This document shows positions 12,730-26,211 of a stretch of 64,000 bases of DNA, in pieces. Source of the DNA: Octopus sinensis. Lineage: Eukaryota. The position numbers and the translations under genes were made by a program. The DNA lies in assembly GCF_006345805.1 (NCBI RefSeq), contig NC_043001.1, positions 132,184,001 through 132,248,000 on the forward strand, read 5' to 3'. The notes beneath the pieces are model-generated. The model did not search any database. It saw nothing but the letters and a program-made list of their open reading frames with translations, and had not been told where the DNA came from. Every line of letters starts with the position of its first letter. Within the stretch, counting starts at the first letter, position 1.

Positions 12730-13148
12730 GGATGAAATAAAATGAATTGTATTTGCATTGTTGATAAGATTCCTTTCTAATTAGTCACTAGTATATTGGT
12801 AGTCATATCAGCTACCAAGATACTTTTAAAAAATTAGTGTAAATTCTGCATGTGTATGATTATATCACGGCAAATACTTGCTTCAGTGGTTAATATCAAT
12901 GCAAGGTAACTACATCATGTTCTAATATATCATTGGTAAATGCATCCTCATGCTTTTTATCCACAGAGTAAATACATTGCTAAGCATTTTTTAAAGTTTT
13001 AATTCACAGAGAAGTTACATGGCATTTTATTAACTATGATAAAGTAATGCAAAGACAAATGATTATTAACATAAAATTTACTCGAGATATACACGAAAAA
13101 AGCAAATCAGTTACTTTTAAAAATAGAGTTGTAAGCATGCACACTCTC

Positions 13149-13179
<31 letters not shown>

Positions 13180-14985
13180 CCCTCTCTCTCTCTCTCTCTC
13201 TGAATCACATACTCTCTCTCACACATTCACACACACAATTTCTCTCATATACACATACACACACACAAAAATGCAGTAAAAAGACAACACACTTCTAAAC
13301 TGGAAGAAGGAAGACATAAAAAAAATTATGATCTTATAATCTAGTTTTTGCACTTTTGATATTCATTGACAATGCATTAAATTCTTGCTGCACTAACTTT
13401 ATATTTCTTTTTATGACAAGGAATTTCTGCACCATCGATATACTGTTTGATTATTATTTCATTTCTTGAATGTTTCTTTTCAGGATTTCAGAAATTTTCC
13501 AGATTCATAGGATGAAATTTTTATTTTTGAATTTCTTTCAATGAATTGCAACATATTTGTTCTGTGAATAAAAGCTTTAAATGTTTACTGAGGTATTTAT
13601 TCTATGGTTAAAAAGCATGAGGCTAAATTTTGTCAATGGTATATTCAGCATGACAATGAATTCACCAACAATATGTTGGTGAAGAGGACTGGCTTGCAAA
13701 GGTCCTGAGTTGGTACCATGTAAAAAGCACTTGTGCTGATGCGATGTAAAGGCACTCATGCCAGTGCTATGTTAAAAGCACCCAACATACACTTATAAAG
13801 TGATTGGCATTAGGAAGTGCATCCAGCCATAGAAAACCAAGCCAAATCAGGTTCAGCTCTCTGGCTTGCCAGCTCTAGCTAAATCATCCAGCATGGAAAA
13901 CAGACATTAAAGGATGAGGATGATGATAATGATATTGGCTTGCAAAATAATTCCCTTGCAATAAAACTACAATGTGTATATACAGCAATATAATTTACTA
14001 ATGTTAAATTTACTATGAGGCATTGACTGGACACCTTTGCCAAGTTTGGGTCTCATCTACAAAGAAACAAAACTTGTGTCCATCTCTCATAGACACTTTT
14101 TAATTGGTCACTTCCAATAATCTCTCAGAAGCTGTGTCAATCTTTACTCTGCATTAGTTAGCAACAACCACAGAAAAGTTTGCATAGAACATAACAGAAC
14201 ATAATAATTAACTTTTGTTTCCTGTCAAGCAAGCTAATCAATTTGTTTTTTACAGACCAATAAGTTTGTTTGATACGTAAGAAATAGCAATGAAATACCC
14301 CTAAAATCACACTTTATTAATCGTTATGTCTTCAGGGGTTTGAATATGACAATGTTGGAGTGTGCACAAGAGTGTAGAACAGTAATACCTAAATATATAT
14401 TTGGATATGGTTATCTAGAATAACCTTTCACTGAATTAATATGTTCATAGAGAACATGCTCTGTACTATGCCAAACATAGGTATGATATTAAACTAACAT
14501 AGTAATCCAGTATGAATGGTCAATGCTGTCCAATACTCTATCAGTTTGATATTTCTCATAAACTGACATTTCATACAAATAGTCGATATTGTATTCAATC
14601 TTTCAGTTCTTTTAGGAGTAGCAGGTAGTGTTTTAGCTCTTCAGGGAGTAATGGCCCTGCTTTTTGTGAGTTCTTTTCCTCAGTTGACTCCTTACCACTA
14701 CACCCATTAAGGACTCATGTCCAGGCATACAAACCATGGTTATAGCCAAGTCTTTTAGCAGCATGAAGCTGTATGAAAGAAAAAAGATTGATGACAGACT
14801 GAAAGTTTGGGTAGGACACTTGGAGATGATACTCAATACCCTGAGGTACTAACAATATAAGTTCTACAGATGGTTGCAAGCTGGTGGAAGTGTGGTACAG
14901 ACAACTTTAGTTCATTATACACCAAAATATCTGTTTCTATATTTGTAGAAACAGATAACTAAGGCCAGCAATCACTATTGACAAT

Positions 14986-15204
14986 TACTCTTTACTCTTT
15001 ACTCTATTACTTGTTTCAGTCATTTGACTGCGGCCATGCTGGACCACCGCCTTTAGTCGAGCAAATCGACCCCGAGACTTATTCTTTGTAAGCCCAGTAC
15101 TTATTCTATCGGTCTCTTTTTTGCCAAACCACTAAGTAACGGGGACATAAACACACCAGCATCGGTTGTCAAGCAATGCTAGGGGGGCAAACACACACAC
15201 ACAA

Positions 15205-15235
<31 letters not shown>

Positions 15236-15405
15236 CATATATACAACGGGCTTCTTTCAGTTTCCGTCTACCAAATCCACTCACAAGGCATTGGTCGGCC
15301 CAAGGCTATAGTAGAAGACACTTGCCCAAGGTGCCACGCAGTGGGACTGAACCCGGAACCATGAGGTTGGTAAACAAGCTACTTACCACACAGCCACTCC
15401 TGCGC
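14986..15405 (-). mobile_element. SINE family A
   Basis: High similarity to 2871-3275. Confidence 0.9.
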
Positions 15406-15605
15406 TATACACAGCCACCCCTGCACATATCATTACTTTGGAATTTATAAAAGGAATTCTCTTAAATAGGGTTTGAACAACAAAAATACAATTCAAACTA
15501 ATAAAAGAAGCAACAAAATCTGCCACAAATCACATTCTGTCACCTAATATATATTGGACAATATAAGCTTATTATGAAAAAAAAAGAGGATTATATAGGA
15601 TTATA

Positions 15606-16030
15606 GGCGCAGGAGTGGCTGTGTGGTAAGTAGCTTGCCTACCAACCACGTGGTTCTGAGTTCAGTCCCACTGCGTGGCATCTTGGGCAAGTGTCTTCTG
15701 CTATAGCCTCGGGCCGACCAAAGGCCTTGTGAGTGGATTTGGTAGACGGAAACTGAAAGAAGCCTGTCGTATATATGTATATATATATATATGTATGTGT
15801 ATGTATATGTTTGTGTGTCTGTGTTTGTCCCCCTTAGCATTACTTGACAACCGATGCTTGTGTGTTTACGTCCCCGTCACTTAGCGGTTCGGCAAAAGAG
15901 ATCCGATAGAATAAGTACTGGGCTTACAAAGAATAAGTCCCGGGGTCGATTTGCTCAACTAAAGGCGGTGCTCCAGCATGGCTGCAGTCAAATGACTGAA
16001 ACAAGTTAAAGAGTAAAGAGTTAAAGAGTA
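15606..16030 (+). mobile_element. SINE family A
   Basis: Full head to (AAAGAGT)n tail. Confidence 0.9.
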
Positions 16031-16188
16031 TAGCTGGAATATCTTTGATCACAGAGCTACTTAAGCATGAGGGGGTTGAATTAAACAAGGGTACCTTTGT
16101 ACACTGAAGGCTATGCTATAATGTTAGGGTGTTTTCTCAGTGGTTTCTTATTGTCATTTTCAGATAAAGCATAAAGTCTATGAGTTAA

Positions 16189-16409
16189 CCCTTTAGTGTT
16201 CGCATTATTCTACCAAAATTAATCATTTTTTATCCACATTGCCTTGAACTAATTATACATTATCTTGTAGTTATGAGATTTTGATGAGGTAGCTGTTAAT
16301 TTTTAAAACGATATTGTAGGGTTGGTGTGAGAGACCAGATCTGGCCATTTTGAACATAAAACAAGCAGAATACTTTTGGCCGGATATGGCCGGTTTAAAT
16401 GCTAAAGGG
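16189..16409. mobile_element. piggyBac-like MITE
   Basis: TTAA|CCCTTTAG...CTAAAGGG|TTAA (TTAA at 16185-88 and 16410-13). Degenerate relatives near 9965-10140 and 47950-48090. Confidence 0.85.
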
Positions 16410-17839
16410 TTAAAGAAAAAAACAAAGAGAAAATGGTGACTTTCATGTTTCTCAATAGAGCTTTAGGGACAAAAGCAATACTTACTTCAGGTTTGTGGTG
16501 CTTACCAACCAAGAAACTAGTCTGGCCAGCTTTGATGTCTCCATCAAAATGTACCAAAAAATATTTAGGACATGATTATTAAATAATGAAGTTATACGAA
16601 AGCCATATAAAACTGCAACCATTGCAATGGGTTAAGAAGTTCGTTTTATAACCACATGGCTCTGGTTTTAAGCTCTGTGCATGACGCCTTGAACAAGTTG
16701 ACCAATATATTGTGCACAGGATTTGGCAGATGGAAATTATGCCGAATTTCATTGCACGTGTGTGTGTGTGTGTGTATGTGTGTGTGTGTGTATGTGTGTT
16801 TATGTTGTCTCTTTATGTCCTGTCTTAACAACTCAACACATAAAGACTGATGGAATGAGTACCAGCCCGAAATAAGCGCTTGAGCCAATATGACTGACTC
16901 AACCCTTAGAAGTGATGCTCCAGCATGGCTGCTGTCCAATGACTGAAACCAGCAAAGGAATGCAAGGATAAAATAGTAACCATAAAGATTCAGCTGATTT
17001 ACAAGAAGAAATTCTTCATATAATGAAATGAAATCATCAACACGGAAAAATGAAAGAAAAGTTATTTCTTTAGAAGGGAAAAAATAAATAATAGTATTAC
17101 TAATAATAATTGCATATTTTACTTGTATATTAATAAATATAAAATTGTAATATTTATATTTTATATCAAGTTAACATCATTCATAATATTATATGCAGAA
17201 TCAGGCAAACAATATTATTTTAATGAAAAGATCTATTATTGTCTACCAGTTGACTGCAAGTATAATAACTATCTATCTGTCCAACCTATTCTATTGAGAA
17301 GATCACTATTGTTAGAAAATAATAATAACAACAACAACCATAACAGCAACAAGAAGAAGAAAAAAAGTATCGTTTTCATTATGTACTGTAGAAATCAAAC
17401 TAGTGGAAAATCATCACTGACACTAAAATGGTTCAATTTATCATTCTTTAAAAATCCCCACTGACAATCTAATTTAAAAAAAAAAATTAAAGAGAGATAG
17501 AATAAGTGAGAGAAAAAAAAGGCGAGAGCAAGACAGAGAGAGAGAGAGAGAGAGAGAGGTAGAGAGAGGGAGAGAGGGAGTGGGAGAGTAAATGAGAGGG
17601 TGGGTGAGGAAGATGGGTGAGAGTAGAAACAACCATTTCAGTTCAGTAATTCCTTACTAAGAGACAAATAAGAAGTCTGAAGACATTACAAATGCAAGTG
17701 TTCCTTGAGAATTCAAATTATTTATAGTAAGACAGTGATAATTTTCTCATAAGCACCACATCATACAATAAAGTATTGACCACTTGAGATGAGTCATGGG
17801 GAAAATAAAGAAATAAATGATTTCTAACTAATACTTGAG

Positions 17840-17883
17840 GTGTTTTACATAGAAGAATTAAATCTGTCACATACATACACATG

Positions 17884-17930
<47 letters not shown>

Positions 17931-18045
17931 GCACAAACACACACACATACTCTCTATATCTTTATTTATCTTTCTATCTTTATTTTATATTGCTTCATTT
18001 TCCCTTTCTATCACTCATTCTCTCTCTCCTTCTCACCATCCCTCC

Positions 18046-18095
<50 letters not shown>

Positions 18096-18103
18096 ATATA
18101 TAC

Positions 18104-18148
<45 letters not shown>

Positions 18149-18411
18149 CATATACATACATATATATATATATATACATATATATATATGAGTGTGTGTA
18201 TATATAAATATATAAATATATATATATATAATCATTCTTTGAATAGTGATAGTTTATGTGAATATGCTTGCCATTGTTTAAATGTGTGTATACACACTCA
18301 TACACACATGCACACATGCATGTGTCTATAGATATATGTGTGTGAGTGCATACGTGTGTGTATATGTATATGTGTGTATATACATATATATATATATACA
18401 CACACACACAC

Positions 18412-18442
<31 letters not shown>

Positions 18443-18889
18443 TACCCATGTAAACTTACACATATATATGCACACACATGCATACATATATATCAATACA
18501 TTTATATGTGTGTGTCTATGTTTAGATGCGAGTGTATTAAAATATATGTGAACTTACTTGCATGTGTTAAATATGCTTAAGAAAGTGTGTTTGTTTAGAT
18601 ATGTATGTGCATGGATGTATATAATTTTACACATATATTCATATAAGTGTGTATATATATATCTGTCCCATTTGCATACAGATCAGCATGTGTATTGACA
18701 GAGTCTTTTGCATATAATATAATGCATGTATGCATTTATGCATGTTAATTTTTAATGTATGTGTAGTTATATGTATGAATGTATGTATTTATGTATATTT
18801 ATATACATACATGTATGTAAATGTATATATATATATATATATAAATATATATACATACACATACATACATACATACATACATACATACA

Positions 18890-18921
<32 letters not shown>

Positions 18922-18960
18922 CATACATACATGCATACATATCTGTGTACATGATTCCCT
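17840..18960. repeat. Large (CT)/(CA)/(TA)/(TACA) microsatellite field
   Basis: Visible. Confidence 0.95.
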
Positions 18961-19067
18961 TTGGAGCTGTTGCTTATCTTCACTATGTATATATTCAATT
19001 ATTGAAATTCATAGAGGTCTGTTTATATATTTATTCACATTAAGATTGTATAGAACTTCAACAAAAA

Positions 19068-19336
19068 AATAAACATAATAATGGTAGTAGTAGTAGTAGA
19101 AGTAGTAATAATAATGATAATAATAATAATAATATAAAAGAAGAAGAAGAAGAAGAAGAAGAAAGTAAATAAATATAATAATGGTAGTAGTAGTAGTAAT
19201 AATAATAATAATAATAATAAGAAGAAGAAGAAGAAGAAGAAGAAAAACTAAATAAATATAATAATGGTAGTTGTAGTAGTAGTAAATAATAATAATAATA
19301 ATAATAATGATAATAATAATAATAATAATAATGATG

Positions 19337-19385
<49 letters not shown>

Positions 19386-19468
19386 TAATGATAATAATAG
19401 GAAGAAGAAGAAGAAGAAGAAGAAGAAAGTAAATAAATATAATAATGGTAGAAGTAGTAGTAGTAGTA

Positions 19469-19559
<91 letters not shown>

Positions 19560-19560
19560 C
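19068..19560. repeat. Higher-order repeat of compound (TAG)n(TAA)n(GAA)n units
   Basis: Four units, each starting with the linker TAAATAAAyATAATAATGGTAG. Confidence 0.9.
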
Positions 19561-20418
19561 ATAGGGAAGAGTGAAAATATATATATATTTTTGAGGCCAA
19601 AACAAAAGACAATTATCTCTGTACACCATTTTCAATCATCTTATATATATGCATATACATGCTTCTAAAAAGTTTACATTATTCATTTACAACTTTAAAA
19701 TGCATGTGGGTATTGAAAGTGATAGTGGAGAACGTGTAAATGTATCACGGTGATTAAACTACAGTAATGAAAGGAATGGAGGCTGCTTCAATGGATAATC
19801 TAAACCCAATATTGTTTGGATTTTATCATTTGCTGTATTGCGTTACATATATCAACAATGCACCTCATCAATATATATAATATTGATTTCTAGCTCTGGC
19901 ACAAAGACGATCTGTTTCAAAATTTTGGAAAAAATGCAGTGTGGTTGATTGAATTTATTCCAGTAATTACTGGTATTTACTATTTAGTGATACTGGAAGA
20001 AATGAAAGGCTAAGTCAAACCTAGTGAGATTAAAAATCAACACATAAAAAAAATAAATAAAATCAGAGTTAAGTTTAAACAAGAAAATCCATTTAGTTCA
20101 GCACTTTTCTGTTTTGGTCACTCCATGATTCCCTATGCAAAATGTACAATAATGCTTTCTATTGTAGAATAAATATTATTCACATGTGCACATGTACAAT
20201 TAAGCAAAACAAAAACAGTATTCAATACGGTGAAGTAAGGTGGAATATAATTTATACAAAGCCCAGTTTGAGTGAATCACAACTGAAGTTTCCTGCTTCG
20301 GCTCCTTTCTGCTTCATCAGTTGCTTGATGAAGTGGAAAAGTGAAACTTGAGTAGTGACTCCCTCAGACTCAGCTTTGACTAAATCTTATGCATGTATGG
20401 ACACACACAACGACACAA

Positions 20419-20466
<48 letters not shown>

Positions 20467-20526
20467 CACACACACACACACACATTCACACACATATATG
20501 TGTATGTATATGTGTGTATGTATATG

Positions 20527-20558
<32 letters not shown>

Positions 20559-20721
20559 CAGTGTATGTTGGTTAATGATTGAAAGATTATCTCTCTCTCT
20601 CTTTCTCTCTCTCTCTCTTTCTCTCTCTTTCTCAATATATATGCGTATGTATATGCATGCATATATGTTTGTAACGTATACATATATATAATGTATATAA
20701 TTTATATAAGTATATATAAAT

Positions 20722-20965
20722 ATACCAAGCGTAGATTGGCATATTTCGGTCATATTATGCGGAGAGAATCCCTGGAGAAGAACATCATGCTCGAAATGGT
20801 CAGTGGCAAGAGAGGAAGAGGTCGACCAAGAACCCACAGGCTTGACACCATCAGGAGTGATACCGGAATGGACATGGCCAGTCTGAAGGAAGCGGCCCAA
20901 GATAGAACTCAGTGGAGGACACTGATCCAAAGAGTGACCGAGAGTTGACTTCGACTGAGCGGTAA
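20722..20965 (+). mobile_element. RTE-clade (BovB-like) LINE 3' fragment
   Basis: Open frame KRRLAYFGHIMRRESLEKNIMLEMVSGKRGRGRPRTHRLDTIRSDTGMDMASLKEAAQDRTQWRTLIQRVTES resembles the BovB C-terminus (YFGHLMRR.DSLEK.LMLGKIEG.RRRGR...DREAWRA.VHGV.KS). Confidence 0.85.
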
Positions 20966-21034
20966 GAATAGGATAGATATATAAATATATGAAGCTAGTA
21001 TGCTCCACTGGATGTGTAATATCAGTGTGCATGC

Positions 21035-21830
21035 ATGACAGAATGTAAGCATCCTGAGAGAAAAGTTGGACATTAAGAAGCGTCAGATATGGTGTGCAAG
21101 AGAGACAACTGCATTGGTATGGTCAAGTGATGTGCATGGATGAAGACAGCTGTGTGAAGAAGTGTCACATCCTAACAGCGGAGGGAACCTGTGGAAAAGG
21201 TAGACCCAGGAAGACATAGGATGAGGTGGTGAAGTACATCTTCAAATGTTGGTTCTCACAGAGGCAATGACAAGCAACAAAGACCTTTGGAGATATGCCA
21301 TGCTTGAGAAGACCCATCAAGCCAAGTAAGATCATAGGTATGGCCAATACCGGTGTTGCATAACTGGCCCATTAAAAGCACTCTTCAATCGTTGGGCAAT
21401 GTGCTGTGCTTAAGACCTGTCGGACAGGGTGAAATCATAGTTGTGGCTAATGCCAGGGCTGTCTAACTGGCACCCATGCCTGTGGTACATAAAAAGCACT
21501 GTTTGAGCAATGGGCCTCATAAAGGCATAGGCATCGAGCCAAGTGAGAGCACAGTCATGGCCAATGCCAGTTAAAAGCACCCATTAAAAGCACCCTTCAA
21601 TCGTTGGGTGTGCTTGAGAAGACCTATCGAACTGAGGGAAATCGTAGTGCTTGAGAACACCTGTAAAACTAAAGGAGATCGCTGCCAGTGCCGTCTGACT
21701 GTCACCCGTGCCAATGGCACATAAAAAATACCATTCAAGCATTAGGCCTCATTGGGGCATTGACAGGTGACCAATACCTTTGGCAATATACCATGCTTGT
21801 GTAGACCTATCAAGCCAAGTGAGACCATTT
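21035..21830 (+). mobile_element. Degenerate RTE LINE: ORF C-terminus plus repeat-containing 3' UTR
   Basis: ILREKLD...GVQERQLHWYGQVM.MDEDSCVKKC...EGTCGKGRPRKT...LWRYAMLEKTHQAK*, followed by repeated GCTTGAGAAGACC...AAGTGA and TAAAAGCACC units. Confidence 0.85.
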
Positions 21831-22280
21831 AAGTTGCTTTGGTGGTATTTTTTTCACCAAATAATTGAACTAAAATAGAAAACCAATTTAAGTACCATGT
21901 ATGTTTATTGATAAATGCAATTCAGTAAATACATTGTGAAGATGTGTTGATAGACAAGACAACATAAATACAAGGTATTACTGAAATATATTGTAAATAT
22001 ATCACAGGATGGGTAGCATTTGTTTTTAATTCTATGATATTGAACATATTGTAGATTATCTAAAAAAGAAAACTTTTAAAACTATTAAAGTTAAGTACAG
22101 GCTATGTCAGAGGAGTATGATAACTCTGAATATATAATAAGACTTAGTAATTTACACTGAATGTCTGCATCACTGTATCAAAGTTATAAATGCATATCAA
22201 ATTAAGATTTTGATTTTCTTATTACAATATATATGTATGGTTTTGTAATTGTTGCAATAGAGGCATTAGACAAACTAAGT

Positions 22281-22665
22281 GGAGGCGCAATGGCCCAGTG
22301 GTTAGGGCAGCAGACTCGCGGTCGTAGGATCACGGTTTCGATTCCCAGACCGGGCGTTGTAAGTGTTTATTGAGCGAAAACACCTAAAGCTCCACAAGGC
22401 TCCGGCGGGGATGGTGGTGATCCCTGCTGTACTCTTTCACCACAACTTTCTCTCACTCTTACTTCCTGTTTCTGTTGTACCTGTATTTCAAAGGGCCAGC
22501 CTTGTCACTCTCTGTGTCACGCTGAATATCCCCGAGAACTACGTTAAGGGTACACGTGTCTGTGGAGTGCTCAGCCACTTACACGTTAATTTCACGAGCA
22601 GGCTGTTCCGTTGATTCGGATCAACCGGAACCCTCATCGTCGTAACCGACGGAGTGCTTCCATCC
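22281..22665 (+). mobile_element. SINE family D, full length, tail variant 1
   Basis: 13-bp TSD AGACAAACTAAGT (22268-22280, 22666-22678); tRNA-like A/B boxes in the head. Confidence 0.93.
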
Positions 22666-23239
22666 AGACAAACTAAGTATTTTGAAATGCTAAATCAATA
22701 GTAATATAGAAAACATATTCAAGTCACAAGCTAGCAGAATTGTTAGTACAATGGGCAAAATGCTTAGCGGCATTGCATCTGTCATCACATTGAATTCAAA
22801 TTCCATCAAAAGATCGATGTTGTCTTTCATTCCTTTGAGGTCGATAAATTAAGTACCAGATGAATACTGGGGTCGACTGACCCCTCCCTAGAATTGCTGG
22901 CTCTGTGCCAAAATCTGAAAACAATGTGGAAAACATATAGTTGAGTTGTTAGGATGCTGGAAAACTAGCAAAGAAGCCAAGGTTATCCAGGACAATTTTA
23001 TGTCCATAACAAATGCAACACCTAAATAATTAAGTCCTGATGGATTAAAATTAATGAATTTATGCATTAATGAACTGAATGAGTGCTTTATTATTTCAGG
23101 TCTTTTTTCCGGTAAAACTTCGAAAGAAATGTGTCATGTCAAACTGTCTTACATGTATATATTATATTAATAAATAAAACATATGCATATATATAAACAT
23201 ATATGTACGTACCTACCTCTACATGTACATATACACGCA

Positions 23240-23500
23240 TATATGAGTACAGGACACCAAAAGGACGTCGAACACAATGAGAAACGAAAACATAGACGCA
23301 AACCCAAGGAACTGGACATTTTTTTAAACAACAAAAAAATAGAGTACAGGACAATTAACTCAAAGAAAAAACCCCTTCTTCAGTCGCCATGGTTTCATCT
23401 ACTCTACGTTTCGAAGGTGAAGGTGAGACGTATCTTTGATAAGAAACTTTCCTTCCTGCGAAAAGCAAATCAATTAAAATTTGAGATCATATATACTACA
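23240..23500 (-). mobile_element. Interspersed repeat, possibly Penelope-derived (homolog at 50234-50400, plus strand)
   Basis: Shared CCTTC(G/A)AAACGT.GAGTAGA.GAAAC...ACTGAAGAAGGGG motif and T-rich body. Confidence 0.45.
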
Positions 23501-24529
23501 TAGGGCTGCATAGTGGCAAAAATGCAACAGAATTGAGTAGGGGAAGAAATCCATTCACATTATTTAGCTAAATCTCTCTTCAGTGTGAATTCAAATCCTA
23601 CAAAGGTCTACTAGCACTTCTTGTCTTCCAGGGTGGTAGCATAAGTACCAGCATCAATACTGAAGTATAATCAAGTGACTGTAATTTCCTCTTGTAGGAA
23701 AAGCAAACTTGAATCAATATACACACTCAATATGAAAGCTGCCTTGCTTTGCATTTTGCCTCAACTCCAGACGGGGTCAAACAGATGCAGTTATGACGTT
23801 CAGTATGTCTTGGACATCTAAACCTGGCAGAGCCACCCTCTCCATGTCTGATCACAGCCAATTTCTCCGACAGAAAGACACACACACACACACACTGAAT
23901 GAGGGATAGTGAGAGAGAATAAATGAGAGAGAGTGAGAAAGTAAGAAAGATAGAAGATGGAGAGATGAATTACCTACAGAATAGGACCAGTGTATTAATT
24001 ATCTACCCTGAAAGAATGAAAGGCAAAGTTGTCCATAGTGGGATTTGAACCTAAAGTGCAGAGATCTTAATAAACATTACAAGGCTTATACAATATCCTA
24101 ACAACTCTGCTGATTTGCTGCCTTAATATGAAACCAAACTGTTTAAAATACTTTTATAAGAAGTTGATTGAACACATTAAATATCATATGAAAATCCATA
24201 AATTCAACCAACAATCAAACATCTCAATATAAAACTTTGAAATAATTAAATAAAATAGTTATTAGCTTTCAATGTTTTACTTTCTAAAAGCTATGTTTAA
24301 CAAGAACTTCAAACACATTAACCCTTTTGATATTAAACTGCCTGTCGTTCTGTGATACAAAACCTTCCATTTTAAATGTACATATTTAAACTAAAACCTT
24401 CAATCATAATTTTATGGAGGGACCACTTATAAGGTTAAGTCCCATACATTAAATTAATATTTAAAATATATAAAAATTAATTGCAATACATAGCCAGTGT
24501 ATTCTATTAGAATCATCTTTCATCTTTTG

Positions 24530-24754
24530 TCTCTTATTTGTTTCAGTCATTAGACTGCGGCCAAGCTGGGGCACTGCCTTGAAGAATTTTTAGTCAAATA
24601 AATCAACTCCAGTACTTATTTTTTGTTAAGCCTGGTACATATTCTAGTGGTCTCTTTTGCTGAACTGCTAAGTTACAGGAACATAGACACACCAACACCA
24701 GCGGTCAAGTGGCACTGGGGGACAAACACAGACAGAAATGCACAAACACACACA

Positions 24755-24789
<35 letters not shown>

Positions 24790-25370
24790 CTCTCTCTCTT
24801 TCTCTTTTACTTGTTTCAGTCATTTGACTGCGGCCATACTGGAGCACCACCTTTAATCGAGCAACTCGACCCCGGGACTTATTCTTTTGTAAGCCCAGTA
24901 CTTATTCTATCAGTCTCTTTTGCCGAACCGCTAAGTAACAGGGACATAAACACACCAGCATTGGTTGTCAAGCAATGGTAGGGGGACACACACATGCATA
25001 TATATACATATATACGACGGGCTTCTTTCAGTTTCTGTCTACCAAATCCACTCACAAGGCTTTGATCGGCCCGAGGCTATAGTAGAAGACACTTGCACAA
25101 GGTGCCACACAGTGGGACTGAACCCGGAACTATGTGGTTGGTAAAAAAGCTACTTACCACTCAGTCACTCCTGCGCCTATATATATATATATAATAGTAC
25201 ATATGTATGTACAACAGGCTTCTTTCGGTTTCCATCTACTGAATCCACTTACAAAGCTTTGGTTGACCCAAGACTTTAGTAGAAAACACTTGTCTGCTGT
25301 GTCACACATTGGGATTGAACCTAGAACTATGTGATCAGGAAGTAAGCTTCTAACCACATAGCCATGTCTA
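24530..25370 (-). mobile_element. Cluster of three SINE family A copies (old partial, young ~24800-25178, old head)
   Basis: Repeated tail and head motifs in the same orientation. Confidence 0.85.
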
Positions 25371-26021
25371 GTCATAAAAAGGGTAAAGTATTCTTATAGT
25401 TATATGTTCATCCTATGTAGAACTAAAACTGTTTACCACTTAGCTACTGCATAAGATTCTTAAATCAAAGTAAGGGATTGGATTTTAAGCTCAGTGTCTT
25501 TAGTTCAACTCCACTGCCAGTGTTTTGTTATGTATGTGAACAACAGACTTATCTGCAATAAACACATTTAAACCTTGAGAATAACTGCTGGTATGGGCGT
25601 GGCTGTATGGTTAAAAAAATTGCTTCACAATACCATAATTCTGGCTTGGTCTGTTCTCACTGCATGGTATCTTCAGCAAGTGTGTCTCACCATAGCCACT
25701 AGTTATTCAAAACCACGGAATACGGTAAACAGAAACTGTGAAAGAGCCTGTGGTACACACACAAAAACATACACATATATATACACATACACACACACTA
25801 TGTATACATGTATGTATGTATGTATCTATGTATCTATGTAAGTATGTATATAAATCATTTTACCTTTGCCCATATAATACAGTAAATGAATTGATTGCAT
25901 CGCAATCATTAACATTTATGTATTAACTTTGTTGGGTACTTCACTAGCAGTATATTGGATATATGTTATCCCATGGAGGGTTGCATTTACAACCCCTATC
26001 TCAATTTGTATATATATACTG

Positions 26022-26210
26022 TGCAGGTGGCACGTAAAAAGCACCCACTACACTCACGGAGTGGTTGGCGTTAGGAAGGGCATCCAGCTGTAGAAACATT
26101 GCCAGATAAGACTGGAGCCTGGTGCAGCTTTCTGGCTTCCCAGATCCCCGGTCGAACCGTCCAACCCATGCTAGCATGGAGAACGGACGTTAAACGATGA
26201 TGATGATGAT
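26022..26210 (+). mobile_element. RTE 3' end fragment (family C)
   Basis: GGTGGCACGTAAAAAGCACC...GGCGTTAGGAAGGGCATCC...(GAT)n. Confidence 0.88.
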
Positions 26211-26211
26211 A

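Noticed and set aside
16505-16580. Protein-like PKYFLVHFDGDIKAGQTSFLV with a GT donor (minus)
   Set aside because: Stop three codons upstream and no usable acceptor.
20278-20325. CTGATGA...GAAAC on the minus strand
   Set aside because: Helices I and II do not pair; it is just a small inverted repeat.
22281-22352. tRNA-like heads as tRNA genes
   Set aside because: They continue into SINE bodies with TSDs and lack proper cloverleafs.
23372-23418. Permuted hammerhead-like motifs (GAAAC..GTA, then CTGAAGA); also 50237-50282
   Set aside because: No helix I can form between the cleavage triplet and the core in either copy.
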